A stretch of DNA of 64,000 nucleotides from Candidatus Versatilivoraceae bacterium. GTDB taxonomy: Bacteria; Acidobacteriota; Terriglobia; Versatilivoradales; Versatilivoraceae. The translations under genes were made by a program, and so were the position numbers. This document shows positions 20,543 through 29,969 of this stretch, in pieces. Numbering within the stretch: the stretch's first letter is position 1; every line of letters begins with the position of its first letter. The notes under the pieces are model-generated. The model had not been told where the DNA came from. It saw only the letters and a list, made by a program, of their open reading frames with translations, and ran no database searches. The stretch spans positions 2,494,022-2,558,021 of the forward strand of contig OZ240232.1 of assembly GCA_965197895.1 (NCBI GenBank), given 5' to 3'.

Positions 20543-22759
20543 CTATACTTTTATTTCATCGAAGTGGTCGAGCGCGTCGTACAACACTAGGCTAGGGTCG
20601 TCGTCGCTAAGTAGGAAAAGGCAATCCCGAGCTCGCGTCATCGCCACGAACAACTCGCTGACCTGCAACGTACGCCACTCGTTGTACTCGGTGTCGGTCT
20701 GATTTGGCTTTTTTGGTTTAGGGAAAGACTTTTCGGAAATCCCGAACAGAAACACCATTTTAAACTCCAGGCCTTTGGCACGATGGAATGTTCCTATTTT
20801 TATAAAATCAAAGTCGTTGGTTTGACCTGTGAAATCTCTGAGTTTCTGGAAGTGGTGACCGAGTGGGGTACGACGGAACTTTTTTAACACGTCATCGACC
20901 TTCTCATTGGTGGCAGCAAAGATGCCGATGTCACCAAATTTCAAACCTTGGGATTCACGGACTCCCTGGATCTGTTCGACGACATAGTCGACTTGATCCC
21001 TGAAATACGACGCTCGTACGATGCAGGGCCTGACGCCGCTGTTCTGCACCGCATCTGCCGCGGCGTCTCGCCGTTCGTACTCCTCACCAAGGTCGACGAC
21101 GGGTTCAGAGCCGGTGCACGCCATGGCGGCGTCAATGATCTCACGGGTGTTGCGATAGTTAATGTGAAGCACGGAACTGTTACCGCGCACGTCCAAGCCT
21201 GCTTGGGCAAGGGTGAATCCGCCAGGGTAAATCTTCTGGGCACCGTCACCCACGATGAACAGCGAGTCTGGCCTGTCTTTCCCGGCCGCGCCGTTCACGA
21301 GGGCGCGGATCAGCTGCAATCCCACCAAACTGAGGTCCTGAGATTCGTCCACGATAGCGGCGCGGTACATAGGCTCTAGCTGTTGCCTCGCCAAGTCGCG
21401 GGCCTTGCGGACTCGGTCGGGAAAGTCCACAAGCCCCTCCTGGCCAAGGCGCCTGTCCCACTCTTGGCGAAGCTCCCAAGTCTGTTTGCGCATCGCCTCT
21501 GTGAACCGTGTCCTGCGCCCGGTCCTCTCTATTTTCAGGTACTCGTCCAGAGAATCCACGCCTCGCCCTTTCAACACTTGCTTCACCTCGTCGCGTAGGT
21601 AATTGCGGGTGAGCGCGGACCGATACAGTGGTGTTCCGGGTCGAACTGCGTCTTCAAACGCTCGATCGAACAGTGTGTTAGTTTTGGTTGCATCAATTGT
21701 GAGCTGGTCGCCGCCTTGACTGCAGATGCGATGTGCGAGTTTGTCGACATTAATGAACTCGACCGCGCTCGCCACGGCGGTTGGCAACTTCTTGTAAAGG
21801 TTTTCGAACAGAGGCGGCAGACTCTTGATGAAGGTCGTAAACAGGATCGGCCGTAGCTGTCGTCCGGGCTGGACAGTCCGGCTGGCAAATCGCTTCGCCA
21901 AGGCGGCTGCTCGATGCAGCGCGACCACGGTCTTGCCCGTCCCCGCCGACCCGCGCACGCGCGCCGGGCCGGAGAACCGGCGGTCCACCAAAGCGCGCTG
22001 GTCGGGATGGAGGAAAATCATCCAATTTTCGATCGGCGCCGACATTAAGCGCTGGAACTCGGCCGGGCCAAGCAGCGAAGACAGGCCGCCCAGCGCCCCT
22101 CGTTCCTCAATGGCTTTGCGGAATTTCTCCTGCTTGCTCTGTTCGTCATCGGCGATGAGTTCGAGTTGAAACCATTCGTCTGGAGACTGTTCGGCCATGT
22201 CCAAAACCCGGTCAAACGTTTCTTGGGGAATGTTCGGCCACACCTCCAACAGAGTATCTTGAGTTGAGCGCCGAAGGCGTTTGATCTCGTCCTCGTTAAA
22301 TCTCGCTCGGGTCAGTTCGTTGTGTTTCCAGTGCTCAAGTATCGAGCATTCACTATCGGTCGCAGGAACTGTCACGGCTCGCTTGCTCGCTAATGGGGAG
22401 CCGTCCAGATCTACGACATTTGATTTAGTGGCGATTAGCCCTGGACTTCCGATACGGGGAACCACGAACTCCGTTCGGTCTGCCAAGCGGTAGATTGCAT
22501 CGTGATGTCCTGCGCGGAGCAATACCGATATGGGACCTTCGCGCGCCAGCAGCACTCGCAGTCCGTCTGAAGCACGGAATGTGCAAAGACGCTTCTTGCC
22601 CGCGTTACCTTTGAGTTGTTCGAGATTCAGCCCCGGCATGTCGGGTGCTTGCTGGTACTTCTTTATCGCTTCCCGCACGCGTTGCGAATCAATCGTGTCA
22701 AGCTGGTCAACCGACTGCCAGAAATGCTGATCAAAGCCGATCCACATCACTCGATTCAT
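20543..22759 (-). CDS. SF1 UvrD/Rep-like helicase with N-terminal RelE/ParE-like domain
   Basis: Walker A GSAGTGKT, motif II IVDESQD, GDGAQKIY, NYRNT, FHRAKGLEF and AMTRAR. The N-terminal ~95 aa (MWIGFDQHFW...CTFRASDGLRVLLAREGPISVLLRAGHHDAIY) resembles the RelE/ParE toxin fold. Start is at Met35 or Met39 of the ORF. Confidence 0.75.
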   Translation of the reverse strand: MNRVMWIGFDQHFWQSVDQLDTIDSQRVREAIKKYQQAPDMPGLNLEQLKGNAGKKRLCTFRASDGLRVLLAREGPISVLLRAGHHDAIYRLADRTEFVVPRIGSPGLIATKSNVVDLDGSPLASKRAVTVPATDSECSILEHWKHNELTRARFNEDEIKRLRRSTQDTLLEVWPNIPQETFDRVLDMAEQSPDEWFQLELIADDEQSKQEKFRKAIEERGALGGLSSLLGPAEFQRLMSAPIENWMIFLHPDQRALVDRRFSGPARVRGSAGTGKTVVALHRAAALAKRFASRTVQPGRQLRPILFTTFIKSLPPLFENLYKKLPTAVASAVEFINVDKLAHRICSQGGDQLTIDATKTNTLFDRAFEDAVRPGTPLYRSALTRNYLRDEVKQVLKGRGVDSLDEYLKIERTGRRTRFTEAMRKQTWELRQEWDRRLGQEGLVDFPDRVRKARDLARQQLEPMYRAAIVDESQDLSLVGLQLIRALVNGAAGKDRPDSLFIVGDGAQKIYPGGFTLAQAGLDVRGNSSVLHINYRNTREIIDAAMACTGSEPVVDLGEEYERRDAAADAVQNSGVRPCIVRASYFRDQVDYVVEQIQGVRESQGLKFGDIGIFAATNEKVDDVLKKFRRTPLGHHFQKLRDFTGQTNDFDFIKIGTFHRAKGLEFKMVFLFGISEKSFPKPKKPNQTDTEYNEWRTLQVSELFVAMTRARDCLFLLSDDDPSLVLYDALDHFDEIKV

Positions 22760-23199
22760 TTGTCGACTTCCAGTTGGTGCTATCCTGCTGTTTGAGGCCC
22801 TGGTTGGGGCATGAGGCAACCGCTGTCGTAACGGCTGTCCTTCAAGGTCGCTCACGTCCAAATTGTCCCTGCGTGAAGATTATCAATCCGGCCAAGGGAC
22901 CGCCGCTGGGGACAATAGAGCCGAGGCAGGGGCGAAGCAGACCACAGCTCGTCCACTGGCTACGACGGGCAAGCCTGGAGGATGCATACAACCCAAGATC
23001 TCCGATCCGCAGCACAGGCAGCTTGCCACTACACTCGACGGACCCGGACTCCCAGACTCAGAATTGATAATCGGCTGAACTGTTCGCCAAAGCTTGGTTC
23101 AAAGTAGCTCCAATTCCCGAACGCATCCGGTATTTCTACATCAAGATGCCGGTGGCTGTCGAGCTGGACCGGGCGATCTAGGTCTATATCAACCCAGCC

Positions 23200-23546
23200 A
23201 TGGGAACCCGCAGCGAGCTCGATTATTGGGGGGCTGCCCACCGGAGCCTTAGTGAGAAACTCCGCAGGTCCGACCGCCGCGGCGAGGTGTTCGCGATGGC
23301 CTGGGAGCAGCACCTCCTGGACCGCCCCGGGCGGAGGTTCGAGTTGTGGTCAGCCAGAGACATGAACGAGGGCGAAAAAGGAGTCCTAATGCTTGCCAGG
23401 CCATCGATGAGGCCGATTGGGACACCGTCGCACGCCATGGAGGCCTCGACGCCGCCATGAGGAAATTCCACCAATGGGAGAAGGAAAACCCGGCGCCCAA
23501 GGGGCGCGGAGCGATCGACAGTTTCCGCCTCCGGGGGTCACGCTGA
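23200..23546 (+). pseudogene. frameshifted homologue of the island-2 small ORF 50886..51185
   Basis: Two frames together match the island-2 protein: WEQHLLDR... vs WYKQHLDR..., then QAIDEADWDTVARHGGLDAAMRKF...IDSFRLRG vs QAIADADWDTVERHGGLDAVVDKI...IDNFRLWG. Confidence 0.4.
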
Positions 23547-23798
23547 TGCCGTCGTATGGGTGTCCACCTTACAAGGGGGGGGTGGCTCATCCAGGTGGTG
23601 CACGCGTTTGACAATCACAACACTGCACTATCAGAGGGCTGAGCCCTCGCCGCTGTGGGGGGCTTTGCTTGGAAATCCTTATTGGACGTGGGTTGGCACG
23701 GATTTCCCGAGTCCTCTGCGGTAAAGCGCAGGAGGGCGCCGCCCCCGCCTGTCCCCCCCTCGCCCGGCGCGTCGGCGCGCCGCACGGCAGGGGGAGTT

Positions 23799-23931
23799 GG
23801 TGGAGGGAGCGACCCCCGGTTTTTGGACGCTGGTGCGCCACCGGGCAGGGGGAGGTGGTGCGCTCGAATGGTCACACCATCTCCCCTCCCCTGTGGAGGT
23901 CGCTCCCTCCACAGTGATCCCTGCGGGAAGG
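23799..23931 (-). repeat. 133-nt conserved hairpin element, copy 1 (reverse orientation)
   Basis: The arms GGTGGAGGGAGCGACC / GGTCGCTCCCTCCAC enclose ~80 nt. The flank CAGTGATCCCTGCGGGAAGG is identical (as reverse complement) to copy 2 at 50631..50763. Confidence 0.7.
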
Positions 23932-24211
23932 CATCCGAGCCGATGAGGAAGCCGAGGCGGCGCATCGACCACAGGCGGTGCGCTATGCGCACGAGACTCC
24001 GACTCAGGCAGCAACAACCCGAACGCGGTGCGGGTCGAAATAGGCGCCGTCACGCAGCATTGCACAGGCGGCGTTCAATAGCCGGTCGGACACCGAACGT
24101 AGAGCACGCACATGACCGTGTATTCCCACGCTCCGGCGTGGATGGGAAGGAAACAGCCTTGATTGCAACGCAATCATCGTATAGGCTTGTTTCAGACAGG
24201 GAGGTGCGACA

Positions 24212-24457
24212 ATGGCAAGCATCACGATCCGCAATCTGGATGACGAAGTAAAGACCCGCCTTCGGGTTCGCGCATCCGCCAACGGCCGGTCGATGGAAGA
24301 GGAAGCACGACTGATCCTGGCCGAGGCGGTTGATCGGGAACCCGCTCCGGCGGAGGGGCTAGGGACGGCGATCCACGAACTGTTCAAGCCCTTCGGCGGC
24401 GTTGAACTGGAGTTGCCGCCACGCGAACCGATGCGCGATCCGCCGCGCTTCGAGTGA
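24212..24457 (+). CDS. vapB: type II antitoxin, ribbon-helix-helix (VapB/FitA-like)
   Basis: MASITIRNLDDEVKTRLRVRASANGRSMEEEARLIL is a typical Arc/MetJ-type antitoxin. It sits upstream of a PIN toxin. Confidence 0.7.
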   Translation: MASITIRNLDDEVKTRLRVRASANGRSMEEEARLILAEAVDREPAPAEGLGTAIHELFKPFGGVELELPPREPMRDPPRFE

Positions 24458-24467
24458 GGCAGCGGCG

Positions 24468-24890
24468 ATGGTGGTGATCGATACCAATATCGTTTCGGAG
24501 CTGATGCGCGCCGCGCCGAGCGCGGAGGTTCTTGCCTGGATGGACGACCGGCCGCCACGAGAGCTGTTCGTGACGGCGGTGACGGAGGCGGAGGTCCGCA
24601 CCGGTATCGCGTTGCTGCCCGAGGGTAGACGCCGTCGGGGCCTTGCGGAGGCTTGCGAGCGTGCTTTCGGCAGCTTGTTTGCCGGACGAGTGTTGCCATT
24701 TGATAGTGACGCGGCCCGCGCCTATGCGGAGATCGTAGCGGCACGCCGCGTCCGTGGGCATCCGGTTTCCCAGGCCGATGGCCAGATTGCGGCGATTGCT
24801 CGGGCGCGCGGTATGGCGGTGGCGACGCGAAACGTTCGGGATTTCGAGGAGATGGGGATCGATGTATTCAACCCATGGGACGCCACATGA
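24468..24890 (+). CDS. vapC: PIN-domain toxin VapC
   Basis: MVVIDTNIVSEL..., conserved acidic residues, and ...AIARARGMAVATRNVRDF near the C-terminus. Confidence 0.8.
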   Translation: MVVIDTNIVSELMRAAPSAEVLAWMDDRPPRELFVTAVTEAEVRTGIALLPEGRRRRGLAEACERAFGSLFAGRVLPFDSDAARAYAEIVAARRVRGHPVSQADGQIAAIARARGMAVATRNVRDFEEMGIDVFNPWDAT

Positions 24891-25108
24891 GCAGAACGAC
24901 TCAAGCCTTCGCCCGTGTCAAGATTGACGCCCTGCAGAGGGTTGCCGGCTGGAACCTTACTGACGGGGTGAGCATCCGTTTTGAACGCGGACTGCCGAAC
25001 GGCACACTGTCCGACTACGTCTTCTGCAACCGGTCCGGGCGTCCTATGCCGGCACTTGAAGCCAAGTGTGCCAGCACCAACCCCATGCGGCGCGGACCAA
25101 GAGCATAG
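24887..25108 (+). pseudogene. N-terminal fragment of a restriction-enzyme R subunit (HsdR_N-type)
   Basis: MSRTTQAFARVKIDALQRVAGWNLTDG...SDYVFCNRSGRPMPALEAKCASTNP matches the nuclease N-terminus of type I/III R proteins. It is truncated after ~70 aa. Its ATGA overlaps the vapC stop. Confidence 0.5.
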
Positions 25109-25111
25109 CGG

Positions 25112-25690
25112 ATGAACGGGATGCGGAGTGCCAACCAGACACCTGAACAGGCGGCAAGAGACAAGATCGACACGATGTTGGAACAGGCCGGCTGGAAGGT
25201 GCAGTCAAAGAAGAAAATCGCCTTCAGTGCCGGCCTCGGAATCGCCGTCCGAGAGTATCAGACCGACATCGGTCCGGCTGACTACGTTCTCTTCATCGAC
25301 AAGAAACCCATCGGCGTTGTGGAGGCCAAGCCAAAGAAGCGGGGGCACAATATCACGACGGTCGAGGAGCAATCCGCAAGCTATGCCTCCGCCAAGCTCA
25401 AGTGGCTGAAGAATACGGAGCCGCTGCCCTTCGTTTACGAAAGCACCGGCGTGCTCACCCGTTTCACCAACGGATGGGACCCGAGACCGCGCTCCCGGGA
25501 GGTGTTCAATTTCCCTCGGCCGGAGACGATGCAGGACTGGCATACCCGGTCGGCCACGCTCCGCGCGCGGCTCCACGGACTTCCAGAGTTAGACCCTACG
25601 GGACTGAGGTCGTGCCAGATTAGCGCCATCGAGAGGCTGGAAGCCTCCTTCAAAGATGATCGTCCGCGCGCCCTCATTCAAATGGCTACC
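25112..25690 (+). pseudogene. hsdR: type I restriction enzyme R subunit, 5' part (interrupted by IS)
   Basis: ARDKIDTMLEQAGW...ADYVLFIDKKPIGVVEAKP nuclease N-domain. The reading frame ends in ...ALIQMAT at the IS junction. Confidence 0.8.
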
Positions 25691-27773
25691 CCATCTTTAA
25701 CGCGGCTTCCGAGTACACGCTTATTATCAACAGGTTACGAAGACAGAATCGCGCAAGTGGCACTACAAACGCGTTGAAACCGGCGATATGGGGGGGGATC
25801 AGACGATCATCTTGCGGACCCCTCCGGGAGCGGGATCGATACCCAGGGCGTCGTAGATGGCCTTCTGATCGGTTTCGGCCCGCGTGGCCTTGCGCACGTG
25901 CAAGGTCCGCCCGTCCCCACGCCGGAAGGTCACCGTGACCCGCTGCTGTCCTTCCAGGATGCGCCGCAGCGTGGTCCAACTGGAGGAGTCGCCCCGCTGC
26001 TTGAGGCGTTTGCGAATGACCTGCACCAGTTGATAGGCGATGACGGTCAGGAACAGGTGGCCTTCCGAGCGCACCGGCTTGTGATGATAGATGGGGCGCA
26101 GACCCAGTTCGGACTTCAGGGAGCGAAACACCGCTTCCACGTCGGTGAGAGTGGTGTAGGTGCGCCACAGGCTTTCCTCGTCCCAGTCGGTCTGGTTGCT
26201 GCGCAGGCAGTAGACCCCCGGATGAGTGACCATCGAGCCCTGGCGGGGCTGGCGCTTCCAGGTCAGGGCCGCCGCCTTGCGGCCGCTGTCGTCGGTGAGG
26301 ACCTCGATGGTGTAGTGTTGAGCCACCCCGCGACTCTGCTCCTTCAACCGCCCGATCCGTTCCCGGACCTTCTCGATGCCTTTGTGAGCCCGCGGCCGTG
26401 AGAGCCCCTCGGAGATTCGGGCGAGCCCCTGCTCGAAGCGCCGGCTGAAACGCTCGACAATGCCCCGTTCCTTGTGAGCTCGCTCCTCGGAACGGCAGTA
26501 GAGACGCACTTCCCCCCCGTCCTCTGAGACCTCCTTGTGGAGCTGTAACCTGGCCTTGGAAGCGGTCTCCAAGGTCAGGGCCAGCTCGGGGTCGAACTGC
26601 CGATGGCCTTGGCGGCTGGCCACCACATAGCGGTACCCTTCCTCCCTCAACCACCCGATGCGATCCTCGGTCGCCACCCCCCGATCCATCACCACCAGGG
26701 CCCCCCGGGGCGCCTCGAGCGCCCCCAGCATCCCGGCCAGGGTGCGGTGCTCATCCACCCGGCCGGCAAAGACCTGCGAGCGGCGCACAAAGCCGGCCCC
26801 GTCCAGCACCAACCCCAGGGTCAGCAGGGGACAGTCACTGCGCTTCTCCTTCGAGTGCCCCCGCTGGGCCTTGGGTTGACGGCGGGCCGCCCCTTCGAAG
26901 AAAGTGTTGGTCAGATCGAACAGGGTGACGGTCGGCTCGAGATCGAACAGACCCATGGCCCGGGTGAACAGGTGGGCCTCGATGGCTTGGCGGTGTCTCA
27001 TCAAAGCGTCTGAGGCGCGATACATCTGCATCAGGCTCAGTGTCTGGAAGTCAAAGTCCAGCAACTCGCCCAAACCGCTGCGCCGGCCGAGCCAGCCCCA
27101 GGTGGCCCGTTCCGAGCCGGGACGGGCCAGACGGCCCACAATCGCCCCCACCGCCGCCGCCCGCATCGGTCCATTCAGACCCAACTCGGCCAGCAACTCC
27201 ACCAACCCCAACTGCTCCAGCGCCCAGCAGCCCACCTGCTCCACCCCGACGCTGCGCGGACGGGTCAACTCCACCGAATCCACCGCCACCGTCTGCAGGT
27301 CTTCTGAAGAGGCCTCCCCAGCGGTGCCGGTCACGTCGGCTTCCCCCTCGAGCAAGCGCTCGGCCATGCGTTGGGCTTCCTCCTCCAACGGGGCCGAACC
27401 CTCCTGGATCAAGGGCAACTGACCGCTGAGGATCTGGTCGAGACGGCGGCACAGCAGGGGCCAGTCATGGCGGGGGATGGAGAAGTGGCGACCGAGGTTG
27501 AGCAGGGTCTGCTGGCGGACCTTGCCTGAGAGGCGATGGGAGCGGACGAGGCGGTGGGTGAAGTAGGTCTGACCGGAGGGAGTGGAGCGGGTCTGGGTGC
27601 GGCGGATGAACATGGGAGGGACCCTAACAGAGGGGGGCGAGGGGGTCAAGCCCCTCCCATACGATTATGGCACTACTTCAGCTTCTCCTACGAAGAATCA
27701 ACAACTTACAGGTGGCTTTGGGCCAAAATGGGGGTAAAATCCCCCCAATCGCCCGTTCCTGTGTTAAAGATGG
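25691..27773 (-). mobile_element. IS1634-family insertion sequence (2083 bp) with 6-bp target duplication GCTACC
   Basis: Ends CCATCTTTAACGCGG... and ...CCTGTGTTAAAGATGG are inverted, with an 11-bp perfect core. GCTACC is present at 25685-25690 and 27774-27779. Confidence 0.8.
25799..27613 (-). CDS. IS1634-family (IS4-like DDE) transposase
   Basis: The N-terminus MFIRRTQTRSTPSGQTYFTHRLVRSHRLSGKVRQQTLLNLG is characteristic of IS1634 transposases. Start was set at the internal Met. Confidence 0.75.
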   Translation of the reverse strand: MFIRRTQTRSTPSGQTYFTHRLVRSHRLSGKVRQQTLLNLGRHFSIPRHDWPLLCRRLDQILSGQLPLIQEGSAPLEEEAQRMAERLLEGEADVTGTAGEASSEDLQTVAVDSVELTRPRSVGVEQVGCWALEQLGLVELLAELGLNGPMRAAAVGAIVGRLARPGSERATWGWLGRRSGLGELLDFDFQTLSLMQMYRASDALMRHRQAIEAHLFTRAMGLFDLEPTVTLFDLTNTFFEGAARRQPKAQRGHSKEKRSDCPLLTLGLVLDGAGFVRRSQVFAGRVDEHRTLAGMLGALEAPRGALVVMDRGVATEDRIGWLREEGYRYVVASRQGHRQFDPELALTLETASKARLQLHKEVSEDGGEVRLYCRSEERAHKERGIVERFSRRFEQGLARISEGLSRPRAHKGIEKVRERIGRLKEQSRGVAQHYTIEVLTDDSGRKAAALTWKRQPRQGSMVTHPGVYCLRSNQTDWDEESLWRTYTTLTDVEAVFRSLKSELGLRPIYHHKPVRSEGHLFLTVIAYQLVQVIRKRLKQRGDSSSWTTLRRILEGQQRVTVTFRRGDGRTLHVRKATRAETDQKAIYDALGIDPAPGGVRKMIV

Positions 27774-29969
27774 GCTACCGGCTCGGGCAAGACCTACACC
27801 GCCATCACCTCTATCTACCGACTGCTCAAGCACGCGGACGCCAAGCGCATCCTCTTTCTCGTGGACACCAAGAACCTGGGCGAACAGGCCGAGCAGGAAT
27901 TCATGGCCTACGTGCCCAGTGACGACAACCGCAAGTTCACCGAGCTTTACAACGTCCAGCGTCTCAAATCGTCCTTCGTCGCCAAGGATAGCCAAGTCTG
28001 CATCAGCACCATCCAGCGCATGTATTCGCTCCTGAAGGACCAGGAGATGGACGAAGCCGCCGAGCAGATCAACCCGGCGGAGATGGTGCAGCCCAGACAA
28101 CCCATGCCGGTTGTCTATAACGACAAGATTCCACCGGAGTTCTTTGACTTCATGATCATCGATGAATGCCACCGCTCGATCTACAATATCTGGCGTCAAG
28201 TGCTTGAATACTTCGACGCCTATCTCATCGGCCTGACGGCCACGCCGGACAACCGCACCTATGGATTCTTCAGGAAGAATGTGGTCAGCGAGTATGACCA
28301 TGAGCAGGCCGTGGCCGACGGCGTCAATGTGGGCAACGAGATCTATGTCATCGACACGGAGAAGACCCGCCGGGGCGGCCGACTCGAGGCGGGTCAGCAA
28401 ATTGAAAAGCGCGAACGCCTGACGCGCCGAAAGCGCTGGGAAATTCAGGACGAGGACATCACCTATTCCGCCAAGGAACTTGACCTTGCCGTCGTCAACC
28501 CTGACCAGATTCGCACGGTTGTCCGTACTTTCCGCAACAAGCTGCCGGAGATATTTCCCGGCCGCACCGAAGTTCCAAAAACGCTGGTTTTTGCCAAGAC
28601 CGACAGCCACGCCGACGACATCATCCAAACCGTGCGCGAGGAATTCGGTCAAGGCAACGCTTTCTGCAAGAAGATCACCTACAAGGTCGAAGAAGACCCG
28701 AAATCCGTCCTCGCACAGTTCCGCAACGACTACTACCCGCGCATTGCCGTGACCGTGGATATGATCGCCACGGGCACCGATGTCAAGCCGCTCGAATGCC
28801 TGCTCTTCATGCGCGACGTGAGGAGCCGCAACTATTTCGAGCAGATGAAGGGCCGCGGCACCCGTACCCTCGACCATGACGATCTCAAGAAAGTCTCGCC
28901 CTCCGCTGCCAGTGGCAAGACCCACTATGTGATCGTGGACGCTGTCGGCGTCACAAAATCACTCAAGACCGCCAGCCAGCCCCTCATCACCAAACCGTCC
29001 GTGCCGCTCAAGGATCTCGCCATGGGCGTGATGATGGGTGCACACGACCAAGACACGGTGAGCACCCTCGCCGGCCGCCTCGCCCGTCTCAACCGGCAGC
29101 TTGACGACGCCGAGCAGGAACGCATCCGGGAAGAGGCCGCAGGCGTCGAGCTCACCGACATCGTCGGCAATCTGCTGCAAGCCATCGACCCGGATCGGAT
29201 CGAAGCCAAGGCGCGCGAGACCGAACCCCACGGCGCCGAGCCGTCACCGGCCGCACGCGAAAAAGCTCAGGAACAGTTGGTCCGCGACGCTGCCGGCGTG
29301 TTCAACGGCGAGTTGATCGAGTTGATCGACTCGATTCGCCGCGACAAGGAACAAACCATCGACCATGACAACCTGGACACGGTGCTCCGCGCTGAATGGG
29401 AAGGCGACGCGCACGAAAACGCCAAATCCATGGTGCAGGACTTCCAGCACTATCTGGAAGCCAATCGCGATGAAATCGAAGCTCTGACGATCTTCTACGC
29501 CCAACCGCACCGCCGCAAAGAGCTGACCTACACCATGATCCGAGAGGCTTTCGATAGGCTCAAGAGTGATCGACCCCAACTGTCCCCTTTGCGAGTCTGG
29601 CAGGCCTATGCCCTGCTCGATGAATACAAAGGGCAGCAGCCCGCTACTGAACTAACGGCGCTCGTGGCGTTAATACGTCGCGCCTGCGGCATTGATGGGA
29701 AGCTTTTGCCCTATTCGGAAACCGTGCGCCGCAATTTTCAGAATTGGATCATGACGCGCCACAGCGGCAGCGGAGAAAAGTTCCACGAGGAGCAGATGGA
29801 ATGGCTGCGCATGATCCGCGACCACATCATCACCTCATTTCATCTGGACCGCGACGATCTTGACATGGCTCCGTTCGATGGCAAGGGCGGCCTGGGGCAG
29901 ATGTACAAGCTCTTTGGAGACCGGATGGATGGCGTGATTAATGAGCTGAACGAAGTGTTGGCGGCATAA
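27774..29969 (+). pseudogene. hsdR: type I restriction enzyme R subunit, 3' part (helicase + EcoEI_R_C-like tail)
   Basis: In frame from (AT)GSGKTYTAI (Walker A), DECHRS (DEAH box) and ATPDNRT. The C-terminal region resembles the EcoEI R C-terminal domain. Confidence 0.8.

Noticed and set aside
23029-23313. 94-aa minus-strand ORF upstream of the helicase, as a possible partner or antitoxin.
   Set aside because: Its 5' half is antisense to the decayed module shared with island 2. It has no recognisable motif, and ~170 nt separate it from the helicase ORF. Evidence is insufficient.
23587-24744. GC-rich ORFs 23655..24251 (198 aa), 24004..24744 (246 aa) and overlapping ORFs.
   Set aside because: They have extreme Arg/Pro/Gly/Ala content and mutually overlap in several frames. 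They run across the 133-nt repeat and antisense to vapBC. They are not credible coding sequence.
27678-28925. Long antisense ORFs: 415 aa here, plus 25686..26654, 8625..9533, 4863..5513, 43943..44959, 36241..36735 and others.
   Set aside because: They lie opposite genes with strong family motifs (hsdR, the transposase, gcvPB, M20, DUF1501). Their composition is Arg/Gly/Pro-rich and low in complexity. These are typical shadow ORFs of high-GC DNA.
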